Shown: positions 11,267 through 26,805 of the stretch, piece after piece
How positions within the stretch are numbered: the stretch's first letter is position 1
How the letters are laid out: each line of letters begins with the position of its first letter
Source: Escherichia coli
Lineage (GTDB): Bacteria; Pseudomonadota; Gammaproteobacteria; Enterobacterales; Enterobacteriaceae
Strand: one strand, 5' to 3'
Length of the DNA: 64,000 bases
Assembly (NCBI RefSeq): GCF_013122565.1
Contig: NZ_CP053258.1
The notes under the pieces: generated by a model
What the model was told of the DNA's origin: nothing
What the model saw: only the letters and a program-made list of their open reading frames with translations
Databases searched by the model: none
Translations under genes and position numbers: made by a program

Positions 11267-12388
11267 ATGGTTGCTGAATTGACCGCATTACGCGATCAAA
11301 TTGATGAAGTCGATAAAGCGCTGCTGAATTTATTAGCGAAGCGTCTGGAACTGGTTGCTGAAGTGGGCGAGGTGAAAAGCCGCTTTGGACTGCCTATTTA
11401 TGTTCCGGAGCGCGAGGCATCTATGCTGGCCTCACGTCGTGCAGAGGCGGAAGCTCTGGGTGTACCGCCAGATCTGATTGAGGATGTTTTGCGTCGGGTG
11501 ATGCGTGAATCTTACTCCAGTGAAAACGACAAAGGATTTAAAACACTTTGTCCGTCACTGCGTCCGGTGGTTATCGTCGGTGGTGGCGGTCAGATGGGAC
11601 GTCTGTTCGAGAAGATGCTGATACTCTCGGGTTATCAGGTGCGGATTCTGGAGCAACATGACTGGGATCGAGCGGCTGATATTGTTGCCGATGCTGGAAT
11701 GGTGATTGTTAGTGTGCCCATTCATGTTACTGAGCAAGTTATCGGCAAATTACCGCCTTTACCGAAAGATTGTATTCTGGTTGATCTGGCATCAGTGAAA
11801 AATGGACCGTTACAGGCCATGCTGGCGGCGCACGATGGCCCGGTACTGGGGTTACACCCAATGTTCGGTCCGGACAGCGGTAGCCTGGCAAAGCAAGTTG
11901 TGGTCTGGTGTGATGGACGTAAGCCGGAAGCATACCAATGGTTTCTGGAGCAAATTCAGGTCTGGGGCGCTCGGCTGCATCGTATTAGCGCTGTCGAGCA
12001 CGATCAGAATATGGCGTTTATTCAGGCTCTGCGCCACTTTGCTACTTTTGCTTATGGGCTGCACCTGGCAGAAGAAAATGTTCAGCTTGAGCAACTTCTG
12101 GCGCTCTCTTCGCCGATTTACCGCCTTGAACTGGCGATGGTTGGGCGACTGTTTGCTCAGGATCCGCAGCTTTATGCCGACATTATTATGTCGTCAGAGC
12201 GTAATCTGGCGTTAATCAAACGTTACTATAAGCGTTTCGGCGAGGCGATTGAGTTGCTGGAGCAGGGCGATAAGCAGGCGTTTATTGACAGTTTCCGCAA
12301 GGTGGAGCACTGGTTCGGCGATTACGCACAGCGTTTTCAGAGTGAAAGCCGCGTGTTATTGCGTCAGGCGAATGACAACCGCCAGTAA
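11267..12388 (+). CDS. tyrA: bifunctional chorismate mutase / prephenate dehydrogenase (TyrA)
   Basis: 373-aa [29 protein letters not shown]... recognised as TyrA. Confidence 0.96.
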   Translation: MVAELTALRDQIDEVDKALLNLLAKRLELVAEVGEVKSRFGLPIYVPEREASMLASRRAEAEALGVPPDLIEDVLRRVMRESYSSENDKGFKTLCPSLRPVVIVGGGGQMGRLFEKMLILSGYQVRILEQHDWDRAADIVADAGMVIVSVPIHVTEQVIGKLPPLPKDCILVDLASVKNGPLQAMLAAHDGPVLGLHPMFGPDSGSLAKQVVVWCDGRKPEAYQWFLEQIQVWGARLHRISAVEHDQNMAFIQALRHFATFAYGLHLAEENVQLEQLLALSSPIYRLELAMVGRLFAQDPQLYADIIMSSERNLALIKRYYKRFGEAIELLEQGDKQAFIDSFRKVEHWFGDYAQRFQSESRVLLRQANDNRQ

Positions 12389-12396
12389 TAATCCAG

Positions 12397-12428
12397 TGCC
12401 GGGTGATTCACATCATCCGGCACCTTTT
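12397..12428. terminator. bidirectional terminator between convergent tyrA and pheA
   Basis: Inverted repeat GTGCCGG ... CCGGCAC (12397-12423) followed by CTTTTCA on plus strand. Confidence 0.5.
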
Positions 12429-12430
12429 CA

Positions 12431-13591
12431 TCAGGTTGGATCAACAGGCACTACGTTCTCACTTGGGTAACAGCCCAATACCTTCATCGAACGGGTGATG
12501 TCCCCTAACTCTTTCAATGCTTTTTGCATTTCCGCTGATTCAAGATTGGCCTGAATATCCAGATAAAACATCTCTTCCCATGGATTACCGTGAATCGGGC
12601 GTGACTCCAGACGGGTCATAATCAGATTGTGGTTGCGCAATACCAGCAATGCTTCAACCAGCGCACCAGCTTGTTGTCCGGTCGCCATTAACAACGTCGT
12701 TTTCGCCGGAACCTGGTCAGACACATTAATGGCTTTACGTGCCAACACCACAAATCGGGTGAAGTTTTGTCGCTGATTCGCTTCAATACGCTCCAGTACC
12801 TGCAAACCGTACAAAGTGCCGCCAGCTTCGCTTCCCAACGCAGCAACATGCGGTGATTTTGCCTGTGCAACCTTTTCCATTGCCGCAGACGTACTTTCGG
12901 TATATTCAATCTTCCAGTGCGGATAACGATTAAGGAATTTGCTGCATTGCTGGAATGGCTGCGGATGGCTGTAGACCGTATTAATGGTGGATAAATCAGT
13001 CGTGCCGGAGACCAACAAACAATGGTCGATAGTTAACGTCATCTCGCCAATAATCGACAAGCTGGTATGTTGCAGCAGATCGTAAACGTCGTTTATGGCA
13101 CCGGAGCTGGTATTTTCAATCGGTACGACGGCATAGTCGGCCTGGCCGGTTTCCACCTGATTAAAAATATCGGCAAATTTGGCGCAGCCACTTTCAATGA
13201 ATTGCTCAAAGTGACGGGCAGCATACTGGCGCGCCGCAAGATGGGAATAAGAACCTTTGGGGCCGAGAAAAGCGATGCGTGCTGAGTGCGGATTAATTTT
13301 ATTGAGATGTTGCTGGAGCAAAGCCTGCTGAGTTAATACGGAATCTTCAATGATGAGCTGGAACAGGCGAGTAATGTAATGGGCGTCCAGATGGTGCGCT
13401 TTACCGAGCGTAATTAATCTTTCCAGTAAATCGCGTTCACGATCAATATCACGTACCGGGCGATGCGAGAGCAGTTTGGCTTTTCCCACCTCGACGGCCA
13501 GTTCGCGCCGCTCTGCGAGTAATGCTAATAATTTTTCATCCAGCGCGCTGATTTTCTCTCGCAGCGCCAGTAACGGGTTTTCCGATGTCAT
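12431..13591 (-). CDS. pheA: bifunctional chorismate mutase / prephenate dehydratase (PheA)
   Basis: 386-aa [35 protein letters not shown]... recognised as PheA. Confidence 0.96.
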   Translation of the reverse strand: MTSENPLLALREKISALDEKLLALLAERRELAVEVGKAKLLSHRPVRDIDRERDLLERLITLGKAHHLDAHYITRLFQLIIEDSVLTQQALLQQHLNKINPHSARIAFLGPKGSYSHLAARQYAARHFEQFIESGCAKFADIFNQVETGQADYAVVPIENTSSGAINDVYDLLQHTSLSIIGEMTLTIDHCLLVSGTTDLSTINTVYSHPQPFQQCSKFLNRYPHWKIEYTESTSAAMEKVAQAKSPHVAALGSEAGGTLYGLQVLERIEANQRQNFTRFVVLARKAINVSDQVPAKTTLLMATGQQAGALVEALLVLRNHNLIMTRLESRPIHGNPWEEMFYLDIQANLESAEMQKALKELGDITRSMKVLGCYPSENVVPVDPT

Positions 13592-13624
13592 AGTGTTGCC
13601 TTTTTGTTATCAATAAAAAAGGCC

Positions 13625-13652
13625 CCCCGATTTGGGAGGCCTTATTGTTCGT
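13625..13652 (-). terminator. pheA attenuator terminator
   Basis: On minus strand AAGGCCTCCC-AAATC-GGGGGGCC followed by TTTTTT, between pheL stop (13690) and pheA start (13591). Confidence 0.65.
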
Positions 13653-13689
13653 CTTCGCATTCTGTTTCACACGACGAAACGCCTCCCAT

Positions 13690-13737
13690 TCAGGGGAAGG
13701 TAAAAAAGAATGCGAAGAAAAACGGTGTGTGTTTCAT
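13690..13737 (-). CDS. pheL: pheA operon leader peptide (15 aa, 7 Phe codons)
   Basis: Minus-strand ATG AAA CAC ACA CCG TTT TTC TTC GCA TTC TTT TTT ACC TTC CCC TGA = [15 protein letters not shown]. Below the ORF-track size cutoff. Confidence 0.8.
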   Translation of the reverse strand: [15 protein letters not shown]

Positions 13738-13790
13738 GTTTGTTTCCTTAAGTGACTTTAGTACAGTACCCGTACTGTTTTCACGCTGTC

Positions 13791-13817
13791 AACAAAAAAC
13801 GCGCCCGAAGGCGCGTT
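13791..13817 (-). terminator. raiA rho-independent terminator (overlaps pheL promoter -35 TTGACA)
   Basis: On minus strand AACGCGCC-TTCG-GGCGCGTT followed by TTTTTT, 24 bp after raiA stop. Confidence 0.5.
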
Positions 13818-13840
13818 GGCGATACACTCAATATAAAGGA

Positions 13841-14236
<396 letters not shown>

Positions 14237-14403
14237 TCAAAATGTGTGATGGAAATCTCATAATTTTGTCACTTTTTGTCAACGAATCTTTTTTGTGAGA
14301 AATCGCAGGAAGAGGTGTTTTTTTACTTGAGGAATATCTCAAAGCGAGCCATATTTGATGAGATCGATAGTGACTAAATCGCTTCAGTTTCACAACTAAC
14401 AGA

Positions 14404-14436
14404 ATAAAAAAACGGCAGCTCAAGGGCTGCCGTTTT
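14404..14436 (-). terminator. bamD rho-independent terminator
   Basis: On minus strand AAACGGCAGC-CCTTGA-GCTGCCGTTT followed by TTTTTTT. Confidence 0.55.
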
Positions 14437-14452
14437 GTGTTTCAGGTTTTTG

Positions 14453-15190
14453 TTATGTATTGCTGCGGTTTGCAGCGATGATTTTCGCTACTTTTTCAGC
14501 TTGCGCATTCATCTGCATCTGGCGGTATGCATTTTCCATCAGCGGCAGCGCATCACGCGTAGCTTGGGTATCCGGGTAGTCGCGCAACATGCCTTCTACG
14601 CGGTTAACGACGGCAACCCATGCGCCACGTTCTGTATAGTACTCGGCAACGGAGTATTCATATTTCGCCAGACGATCTTTCAGGAATACCAGACGTTTGG
14701 TGGCATCGGTGGTGTACTGACTGTTCGGATAGCCGCGCACCAGTTTGGAAAAGTCACTAAACGCAGCTCGTGCATGTTGAGGATCGCGATCGCTACGATC
14801 GACGCCAAAGAACCCTTGCAGCGCACTGTCATCCAGCGCCATATTGGTCAGGCCACGCATGTACATAACATAATCGATATTCGGATGGGTCGGGTTAAGG
14901 CGAATAAAACGATCGATGGCAGCCTGTGCTAACGGCAAATCGGCGTTTTTATAGTAGGCGTAGATGAGATCCAGCTGCACCTGCTGCGAATACGGACCAA
15001 ACGGATAGCGATTATCTAACGCTTCCAGTTGCGTTATTGCCTGTCTCCAGTTACCGTCCTGCAGCTTTTGTTGTGCAGTCGCGTAAATTTCATTTGGCGG
15101 ATTATCAGGTACTTCTTCCTTTGACCCCGAGCAACCCGCCAAAAACAGGCTTAGTGTGGCGGCTGCCACCAGATATTTCATGCGCGTCAT
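14453..15190 (-). CDS. bamD: outer membrane protein assembly factor BamD (YfiO), TPR lipoprotein
   Basis: 245-aa [29 protein letters not shown]... with lipobox. Confidence 0.95.
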   Translation of the reverse strand: MTRMKYLVAAATLSLFLAGCSGSKEEVPDNPPNEIYATAQQKLQDGNWRQAITQLEALDNRYPFGPYSQQVQLDLIYAYYKNADLPLAQAAIDRFIRLNPTHPNIDYVMYMRGLTNMALDDSALQGFFGVDRSDRDPQHARAAFSDFSKLVRGYPNSQYTTDATKRLVFLKDRLAKYEYSVAEYYTERGAWVAVVNRVEGMLRDYPDTQATRDALPLMENAYRQMQMNAQAEKVAKIIAANRSNT

Positions 15191-15324
15191 GACGTTTTGA
15201 CTTTCCTCAAAATGTAATACGGGAGATTCTCTGTTCCTGCTCCCGGTTAAGACCAGCTACAATAGCACACTATATTAAACGGCAAAGCCGTAAAACCCCA
15301 ACGATAAACGAAGAAGCAGTATAT

Positions 15325-16305
15325 ATGGCACAACGAGTACAGCTCACTGCAACGGTGTCCGAAAACCAACTCGGTCAACGCTTAGATCAGGCTTTGGCCG
15401 AAATGTTCCCGGATTATTCACGTTCGCGGATAAAAGAATGGATCCTCGACCAGCGCGTGCTGGTTAACGGCAAAGTTTGTGATAAGCCGAAAGAAAAAGT
15501 ATTGGGTGGCGAGCAGGTTGCCATCAACGCTGAGATTGAAGAAGAAGCGCGTTTTGAACCGCAGGATATCCCGCTGGATATCGTCTATGAAGATGAAGAC
15601 ATTATTATCATTAATAAACCGCGCGACCTGGTGGTACATCCTGGCGCGGGTAACCCGGATGGCACGGTACTGAATGCGTTGCTTCATTACTATCCACCCA
15701 TTGCCGATGTACCGCGTGCGGGCATCGTCCATCGTCTGGATAAAGACACCACTGGCCTGATGGTTGTGGCAAAAACCGTTCCGGCTCAGACGCGTTTAGT
15801 CGAATCTTTGCAACGGCGTGAAATTACTCGTGAGTATGAAGCGGTGGCGATTGGTCATATGACCGCAGGTGGCACGGTGGATGAGCCAATCAGTCGCCAC
15901 CCGACCAAACGTACTCACATGGCGGTGCATCCGATGGGCAAACCAGCGGTGACTCACTATCGCATCATGGAACACTTCCGTGTGCACACGCGTCTGCGGT
16001 TGCGTCTGGAAACTGGACGTACGCACCAGATCCGCGTGCATATGGCCCATATCACTCATCCGCTGGTGGGCGATCCGGTTTATGGTGGCCGTCCGCGTCC
16101 GCCAAAAGGTGCTTCGGAAGCGTTTATCTCCACGCTGCGTAAGTTTGACCGCCAGGCGCTTCATGCAACCATGCTGCGTCTTTATCACCCGATCTCCGGC
16201 ATCGAAATGGAATGGCATGCGCCTATTCCACAAGATATGGTGGAGCTGATTGAGGTGATGCGCGCCGATTTCGAAGAGCATAAGGATGAAGTGGACTGGT
16301 TATGA
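15325..16305 (+). CDS. rluD: 23S rRNA pseudouridine(1911/1915/1917) synthase RluD
   Basis: 326-aa ORF with S4 domain and pseudouridine synthase motif (HRLDKDTTGLMVVAK). Confidence 0.95.
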   Translation: MAQRVQLTATVSENQLGQRLDQALAEMFPDYSRSRIKEWILDQRVLVNGKVCDKPKEKVLGGEQVAINAEIEEEARFEPQDIPLDIVYEDEDIIIINKPRDLVVHPGAGNPDGTVLNALLHYYPPIADVPRAGIVHRLDKDTTGLMVVAKTVPAQTRLVESLQRREITREYEAVAIGHMTAGGTVDEPISRHPTKRTHMAVHPMGKPAVTHYRIMEHFRVHTRLRLRLETGRTHQIRVHMAHITHPLVGDPVYGGRPRPPKGASEAFISTLRKFDRQALHATMLRLYHPISGIEMEWHAPIPQDMVELIEVMRADFEEHKDEVDWL

Positions 16306-17033
16306 GTAAGCTGATTGTCCCGCAGTGGCCGCTGCCAAAAGGTGTTGCGGCCTGTAGCTCTACTCGTATCGGCGGCGTGAGCTTGCCCCCGTATGACTCG
16401 CTCAACCTCGGTGCTCATTGTGGCGATAATCCGGATCACGTTGAGGAGAATCGCAAGCGACTTTTTGCTGCGGGCAATTTGCCTTCTAAACCGGTCTGGC
16501 TTGAGCAGGTACACGGCAAAGATGTGCTTAAGCTTACTGGCGAACCTTATGCCTCAAAACGAGCAGATGCCTCTTATAGCAATACGCCCGGCACGGTTTG
16601 CGCAGTGATGACTGCCGACTGCCTCCCTGTGCTGTTTTGCAATCGAGCGGGAACGGAAGTCGCCGCCGCTCATGCTGGTTGGCGTGGACTGTGCGCAGGC
16701 GTGCTGGAAGAGACGGTTTCCTGTTTTGCTGATAATCCGGAAAATATTCTCGCCTGGTTAGGGCCGGCAATTGGTCCACGCGCGTTCGAAGTGGGGGCGG
16801 AGGTTCGCGAGGCGTTTATGGCAGCAGACGCCAAAGCGAGTACAGCTTTCATTCAGCATGGTGATAAGTATCTGGCAGATATTTATCAGCTTGCCCGGCA
16901 GCGTCTGGCGAGCGTTGGTGTTGAACAAATTTTCGGCGGCGACCGTTGTACATATACGGAAAATGAGACTTTCTTCTCTTATCGTCGCGACAAGACCACC
17001 GGTCGTATGGCAAGTTTCATTTGGCTGATATAA
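16302..17033 (+). CDS. pgeF: YfiH/PgeF family protein (purine nucleoside phosphorylase / laccase-like)
   Basis: 243-aa ORF; start overlaps rluD stop (ATGA). Confidence 0.9.
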   Translation: MSKLIVPQWPLPKGVAACSSTRIGGVSLPPYDSLNLGAHCGDNPDHVEENRKRLFAAGNLPSKPVWLEQVHGKDVLKLTGEPYASKRADASYSNTPGTVCAVMTADCLPVLFCNRAGTEVAAAHAGWRGLCAGVLEETVSCFADNPENILAWLGPAIGPRAFEVGAEVREAFMAADAKASTAFIQHGDKYLADIYQLARQRLASVGVEQIFGGDRCTYTENETFFSYRRDKTTGRMASFIWLI

Positions 17034-17095
17034 CCTAAAGAATCAAGACGATCCGGTACGCGTGATTTTCTTTTCACATTAATCTGGTCAATAAC

Positions 17096-17124
17096 CTTGA
17101 ATAATTGAGGGATGACCTCATTTA
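17096..17124 (+). promoter_or_regulatory. sigma32 heat-shock promoter of clpB
   Basis: CTTGAAT (17096-17102) and CCTCATTTA (17116-17124), 13-bp spacer, about 40 bp upstream of clpB ATG. Confidence 0.5.
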
Positions 17125-17162
17125 ATCTCCAGTAGCAACTTTGATCCGTTATGGGAGGAGTT

Positions 17163-19736
17163 ATGCGTCTGGATCGTCTTACTAATAAATTCCAGCTTGC
17201 TCTTGCCGATGCCCAATCACTTGCACTCGGGCACGACAACCAATTCATCGAACCACTTCATTTAATGAGCGCCCTGCTGAATCAGGAAGGGGGTTCGGTT
17301 AGTCCTTTGTTAACATCCGCTGGCATTAATGCTGGCCAGTTGCGCACAGATATCAATCAGGCATTAAATCGTTTACCGCAGGTTGAAGGTACTGGTGGTG
17401 ATGTCCAGCCATCACAAGATCTGGTGCGCGTTCTTAATCTTTGCGACAAGCTGGCGCAAAAACGTGGTGATAACTTTATCTCGTCAGAACTGTTCGTTCT
17501 GGCGGCACTTGAGTCTCGCGGCACGCTGGCCGACATCCTGAAAGCAGCAGGGGCGACCACCGCCAACATTACTCAAGCGATTGAACAAATGCGTGGAGGT
17601 GAAAGCGTGAACGATCAAGGTGCTGAAGACCAACGTCAGGCTTTGAAAAAATATACCATCGACCTTACCGAACGAGCCGAACAAGGCAAACTCGATCCGG
17701 TGATTGGTCGTGATGAAGAAATTCGCCGTACCATTCAGGTGCTGCAACGTCGTACTAAAAATAACCCGGTACTGATTGGTGAACCCGGCGTCGGTAAAAC
17801 TGCCATCGTTGAAGGTCTGGCGCAGCGTATTATCAACGGCGAAGTGCCGGAAGGGTTGAAAGGCCGCCGGGTACTGGCGCTGGATATGGGCGCGCTGGTG
17901 GCTGGGGCGAAATATCGCGGTGAGTTTGAAGAACGTTTAAAAGGCGTGCTTAACGATCTTGCCAAACAGGAAGGCAACGTCATCCTGTTTATCGACGAAT
18001 TACATACCATGGTCGGCGCGGGTAAAGCCGATGGCGCAATGGACGCCGGAAACATGCTGAAACCGGCGCTGGCGCGTGGTGAATTGCACTGCGTAGGTGC
18101 CACGACGCTTGACGAATATCGCCAGTACATCGAAAAAGATGCTGCGCTGGAACGTCGTTTCCAGAAAGTGTTTGTTGCCGAGCCTTCTGTTGAAGATACC
18201 ATTGCGATTCTGCGTGGCCTGAAAGAACGTTACGAATTGCACCACCATGTGCAAATTACTGACCCGGCAATTGTTGCAGCGGCGACGTTGTCTCATCGCT
18301 ACATTGCTGACCGTCAGCTGCCGGATAAAGCCATCGACCTGATCGATGAAGCAGCATCCAGCATTCGTATGCAGATTGACTCAAAACCAGAAGAACTCGA
18401 CCGACTCGATCGTCGTATCATCCAGCTCAAACTGGAACAACAGGCGTTAATGAAAGAGTCTGATGAAGCCAGTAAAAAACGCCTGGATATGCTCAACGAA
18501 GAACTGAGCGACAAAGAACGTCAGTACTCCGAGTTAGAAGAAGAGTGGAAAGCAGAGAAGGCATCGCTTTCTGGTACGCAGACCATTAAAGCGGAACTGG
18601 AACAGGCGAAAATCGCTATTGAACAGGCTCGCCGTGTGGGTGACCTGGCGCGGATGTCTGAACTGCAATACGGCAAAATCCCGGAACTGGAAAAGCAACT
18701 GGAAGCCGCAACGCAGCTCGAAGGCAAAACTATGCGTCTGTTGCGTAATAAAGTGACCGACGCCGAAATTGCTGAAGTGCTGGCGCGTTGGACGGGGATT
18801 CCGGTTTCTCGCATGATGGAAAGCGAGCGCGAAAAACTGCTGCGTATGGAGCAAGAACTGCACCATCGCGTAATTGGTCAGAACGAAGCGGTTGATGCGG
18901 TATCTAACGCTATTCGTCGTAGCCGTGCGGGGCTGGCGGATCCAAATCGCCCGATTGGTTCATTCCTGTTCCTCGGCCCAACTGGTGTGGGGAAAACAGA
19001 GCTTTGTAAGGCGCTGGCGAACTTTATGTTTGATAGCGACGAGGCGATGGTCCGTATCGATATGTCCGAGTTTATGGAGAAACACTCGGTGTCTCGTCTG
19101 GTTGGTGCGCCTCCGGGATATGTCGGTTATGAAGAAGGTGGCTACCTGACCGAAGCTGTGCGTCGTCGTCCGTATTCCGTCATCCTGCTGGATGAAGTGG
19201 AAAAAGCGCATCCGGATGTCTTCAATATTCTGTTGCAGGTACTGGATGATGGGCGTCTGACTGACGGGCAGGGGAGAACGGTCGACTTCCGTAATACGGT
19301 TGTCATTATGACCTCTAACCTCGGTTCCGATCTGATTCAGGAACGCTTCGGTGAACTGGATTATGCGCACATGAAAGAGCTGGTGCTCGGTGTGGTTAGC
19401 CATAACTTCCGTCCGGAATTCATTAACCGTATCGATGAAGTGGTGGTCTTCCATCCGCTGGGTGAACAGCACATTGCGTCGATTGCGCAGATTCAATTGA
19501 AACGTCTGTATAAACGTCTGGAAGAACGTGGTTATGAAATCCACATTTCTGACGAGGCGCTGAAACTGCTGAGCGAGAACGGTTACGATCCGGTCTATGG
19601 TGCACGTCCTCTGAAACGTGCAATTCAGCAGCAGATCGAAAACCCGCTGGCACAGCAAATACTGTCTGGTGAATTGGTTCCGGGTAAAGTGATTCGCCTG
19701 GAAGTTAATGAAGACCGGATTGTCGCCGTCCAGTAA
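17163..19736 (+). CDS. clpB: AAA+ disaggregase chaperone ClpB
   Basis: ORF track 17151..19736; ATG at 17163 after GGGAGGAG gives [19 protein letters not shown]..., 857 aa; two Walker A sites ([16 protein letters not shown]). Confidence 0.96.
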
Positions 19737-19741
19737 ATGAT

Positions 19742-19770
19742 AAAACGAGCCCTTCGGGGCTCGTTTTTGT
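19742..19770 (+). terminator. clpB rho-independent terminator
   Basis: AACGAGCCC-TTCG-GGGCTCGTT followed by TTTT, 6 bp after clpB stop. Confidence 0.65.
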
Positions 19771-19851
19771 CTATAAGTTAGACGGAAAAGACTATATTTA
19801 AGATGTTTTGCCTGAAAAGTAAGCGAACGATAAAGTTTTTATATTTTTCGC

Positions 19852-19879
19852 TTGTCAGGCCGGAATAACTCCCTATAAT
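19852..19879 (+). promoter_or_regulatory. rrnG promoter P1 (-35 TTGTCA, -10 TATAAT) with AT-rich UP element upstream
   Basis: TTGTCA 19852-19857, 16-bp spacer, TATAAT 19874-19879; AT-rich AAAGTTTTTATATTTTTCG immediately upstream; about 300 bp before 16S. Confidence 0.6.
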
Positions 19880-19970
19880 GCGCCACCACTGACACGGAAC
19901 AACGGCAAACACGCCGCCGGGTCAGCGGGGTTCTCCTGAGAATTCCGGCAGAGAAAGCAAAAATAAATGC

Positions 19971-19998
19971 TTGACTCTGTAGCGGGAAAGCGTATTAT
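19971..19998 (+). promoter_or_regulatory. rrnG promoter P2 (-35 TTGACT, -10 TATTAT)
   Basis: TTGACT 19971-19976, 16-bp spacer, TATTAT 19993-19998, about 120 bp downstream of P1. Confidence 0.6.
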
Positions 19999-20035
19999 GC
20001 ACACCCCGCGCCGCTGAGAAAAAGCGAAGCGGCAC

Positions 20036-20048
20036 TGCTCTTTAACAA
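20036..20048 (+). promoter_or_regulatory. rrn leader boxA antitermination element
   Basis: TGCTCTTTAACAA matches rrn boxA consensus, located in leader between P2 and 16S. Confidence 0.55.
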
Positions 20049-20179
20049 TTTATCAGACAATCTGTGTGGGCACTCGAAGATACGGATTCTTAACGTCGCA
20101 AGACGAAAAATGAATACCAAGTCTCAAGAGTGAACACGTAATTCATTACGAAGTTTAATTCTTTGAGCATCAAACTTTT

Positions 20180-21721
<1,542 letters not shown>

Positions 21722-21806
21722 CCTTAAAGAAGCGTTCTTTGAAGTGCTCACACAGATTGTCTGATAGAAAGTGAAAAGCAAGGCGTCTTGCGAAGCAGAC
21801 TGATAC

Positions 21807-21882
21807 GTCCCCTTCGTCTAGAGGCCCAGGACACCGCCCTTTCACGGCGGTAACAGGGGTTCGAATCCCCTAGGGGACGCCA
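21807..21882 (+). tRNA. gltW: tRNA-Glu (anticodon UUC) in the 16S-23S spacer
   Basis: GTCCCCTTCGTCTAGAGGCCCAGGACACCGCCCTTTCACGGCGGTAACAGGGGTTCGAATCCCCTAGGGGACGCCA, 76 nt ending CCA. Confidence 0.95.
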
Positions 21883-22066
21883 CTTGCTGGTTTGTGAGTG
21901 AAAGTCACCTGCCTTAATATCTCAAAACTCATCTTCGGGTGATGTTTGAGATATTTGCTCTTTAAAAATCTGGATCAAGCTGAAAATTGAAACACTGAAC
22001 AACGAATGTTGTTCGTGAGTCTCTCAAATTTTCGCAACTCTGAAGTGAAACATCTTCGGGTTGTGA

Positions 22067-24970
<2,904 letters not shown>

Positions 24971-25063
24971 ACAACGCCGAAGCTGTTTTGGCGGATTGAG
25001 AGAAGATTTTCAGCCTGATACAGATTAAATCAGAACGCAGAAGCGGTCTGATAAAACAGAATT

Positions 25064-25183
25064 TGCCTGGCGGCCTTAGCGCGGTGGTCCCACCTGACCC
25101 CATGCCGAACTCAGAAGTGAAACGCCGTAGCGCCGATGGTAGTGTGGGGTCTCCCCATGCGAGAGTAGGGAACTGCCAGGCAT
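25064..25183 (+). rRNA. rrfG: 5S ribosomal RNA
   Basis: TGCCTGGCGGCCTTAGCGCGGTGGTCCCACCTGACCCCATGCCGAACTCAG...GGGAACTGCCAGGCAT, 120 nt. Confidence 0.96.
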
Positions 25184-25195
25184 CAAATTAAGCGA

Positions 25196-25223
25196 AAGGC
25201 CATCCTGACGGATGGCCTTTTTG
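25196..25223 (+). terminator. rrn operon terminator T1
   Basis: AAAGGCCATCC-TGAC-GGATGGCCTTT followed by TT, 12 bp after 5S. Confidence 0.65.
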
Positions 25224-25240
25224 CATTGGCGCAGAAAAAA

Positions 25241-25268
25241 ATGCCTGATGCGACGCTGCGCGTCTTAT
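25241..25268. repeat. REP-like element (partial palindromic unit)
   Basis: ATGCCTGATGCGACGCTGCGCGTCTTAT resembles REP consensus. Confidence 0.3.
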
Positions 25269-25506
25269 ACTCCCACATATGCCAGATTCAGCAGCGAATA
25301 CGGCTTCCCCAACTTGCTCACTTCCATACGTGTCCTCCTTACCAGAAATCTATCGTTAAGCTCCTCAATAACCATTTTCCTGCTAACTAAATTCATGGTT
25401 AAGGTTGCATAATGATACGCAACAAATGTATAACATTTTCTTCACCAAAAGAAATAAACAAAAGCGACCGACAAAAGCATCGGATTACGGCAGGAGACAT
25501 AATGGC

Positions 25507-26805
25507 ATGGCTGAAAGTACTGTAACGGCAGACAGCAAACTGACAAGTAGTGATACTCGTCGCCGCATTTGGGCAATTGTGGGGGCCTCTTCAGGTAATC
25601 TGGTCGAGTGGTTCGATTTCTATGTCTACTCGTTCTGTTCACTCTACTTCGCCCACATCTTCTTCCCTTCCGGGAACACGACGACTCAACTACTACAAAC
25701 AGCAGGTGTTTTTGCTGCGGGATTCCTGATGCGCCCAATAGGCGGTTGGCTATTTGGCCGCATAGCCGATAAACATGGTCGCAAAAAATCGATGCTGCTA
25801 TCGGTGTGTATGATGTGTTTCGGCTCACTGGTAATCGCCTGTTTGCCTGGTTATGAAACAATCGGTACGTGGGCTCCGGCATTATTGCTTCTCGCGCGTT
25901 TATTTCAGGGATTATCCGTTGGCGGAGAATATGGCACCAGCGCCACCTATATGAGTGAAGTTGCCGTTGAAGGGCGCAAAGGTTTTTACGCATCATTTCA
26001 GTATGTGACGTTGATCGGCGGACAACTGCTAGCCCTACTGGTTGTCGTGGTTTTACAACACACCATGGAAGACGCTGCACTCAGAGAGTGGGGATGGCGT
26101 ATTCCTTTCGCGTTAGGAGCTGTGTTAGCTGTTGTGGCGTTGTGGTTACGTCGTCAGTTAGATGAAACTTCGCAACAAGAAACGCGCGCTTTAAAAGAAG
26201 CTGGATCTCTGAAAGGATTATGGCGCAATCGCCGTGCATTCATCATGGTTCTCGGTTTTACCGCTGCGGGCTCCCTTTGTTTCTATACCTTCACCACTTA
26301 TATGCAGAAGTATCTGGTAAACACTGCGGGAATGCATGCCAACGTGGCGAGTGGCATTATGACTGCCGCATTGTTTGTATTTATGCTTATTCAACCACTC
26401 ATTGGCGCGCTGTCGGATAAGATTGGTCGCCGTACCTCAATGTTATGTTTCGGTTCGCTGGCAGCCATTTTTACCGTTCCTATTCTCTCAGCATTGCAAA
26501 ACGTTTCCTCGCCTTATGCCGCTTTTGGTCTGGTGATGTGTGCCCTGCTGATCGTGAGTTTTTATACTTCAATCAGTGGAATACTGAAGGCTGAGATGTT
26601 TCCCGCACAGGTTCGTGCATTAGGTGTTGGTCTGTCATATGCGGTCGCCAATGCTATATTTGGTGGTTCGGCGGAGTACGTAGCGTTGTCGCTGAAATCA
26701 ATAGGAATGGAAACAGCCTTCTTCTGGTATGTGACCTTGATGGCCGTGGTGGCGTTTCTGGTTTCTTTGATGCTACATCGCAAAGGGAAGGGGATGCGTC
26801 TTTAG
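25507..26805 (+). CDS. kgtP: alpha-ketoglutarate:H+ symporter KgtP (MFS)
   Basis: ORF track 25405..26805; ATG at 25507 gives [41 protein letters not shown]..., 432 aa. Confidence 0.93.

Noticed and set aside
25405-25506. Upstream ATG giving a 466-aa KgtP.
   Set aside because: The 34-residue N-terminal extension is basic and non-hydrophobic, and begins only about 180 bp after the rrn terminator; ATG at 25507 gives the expected 432-aa MFS transporter.
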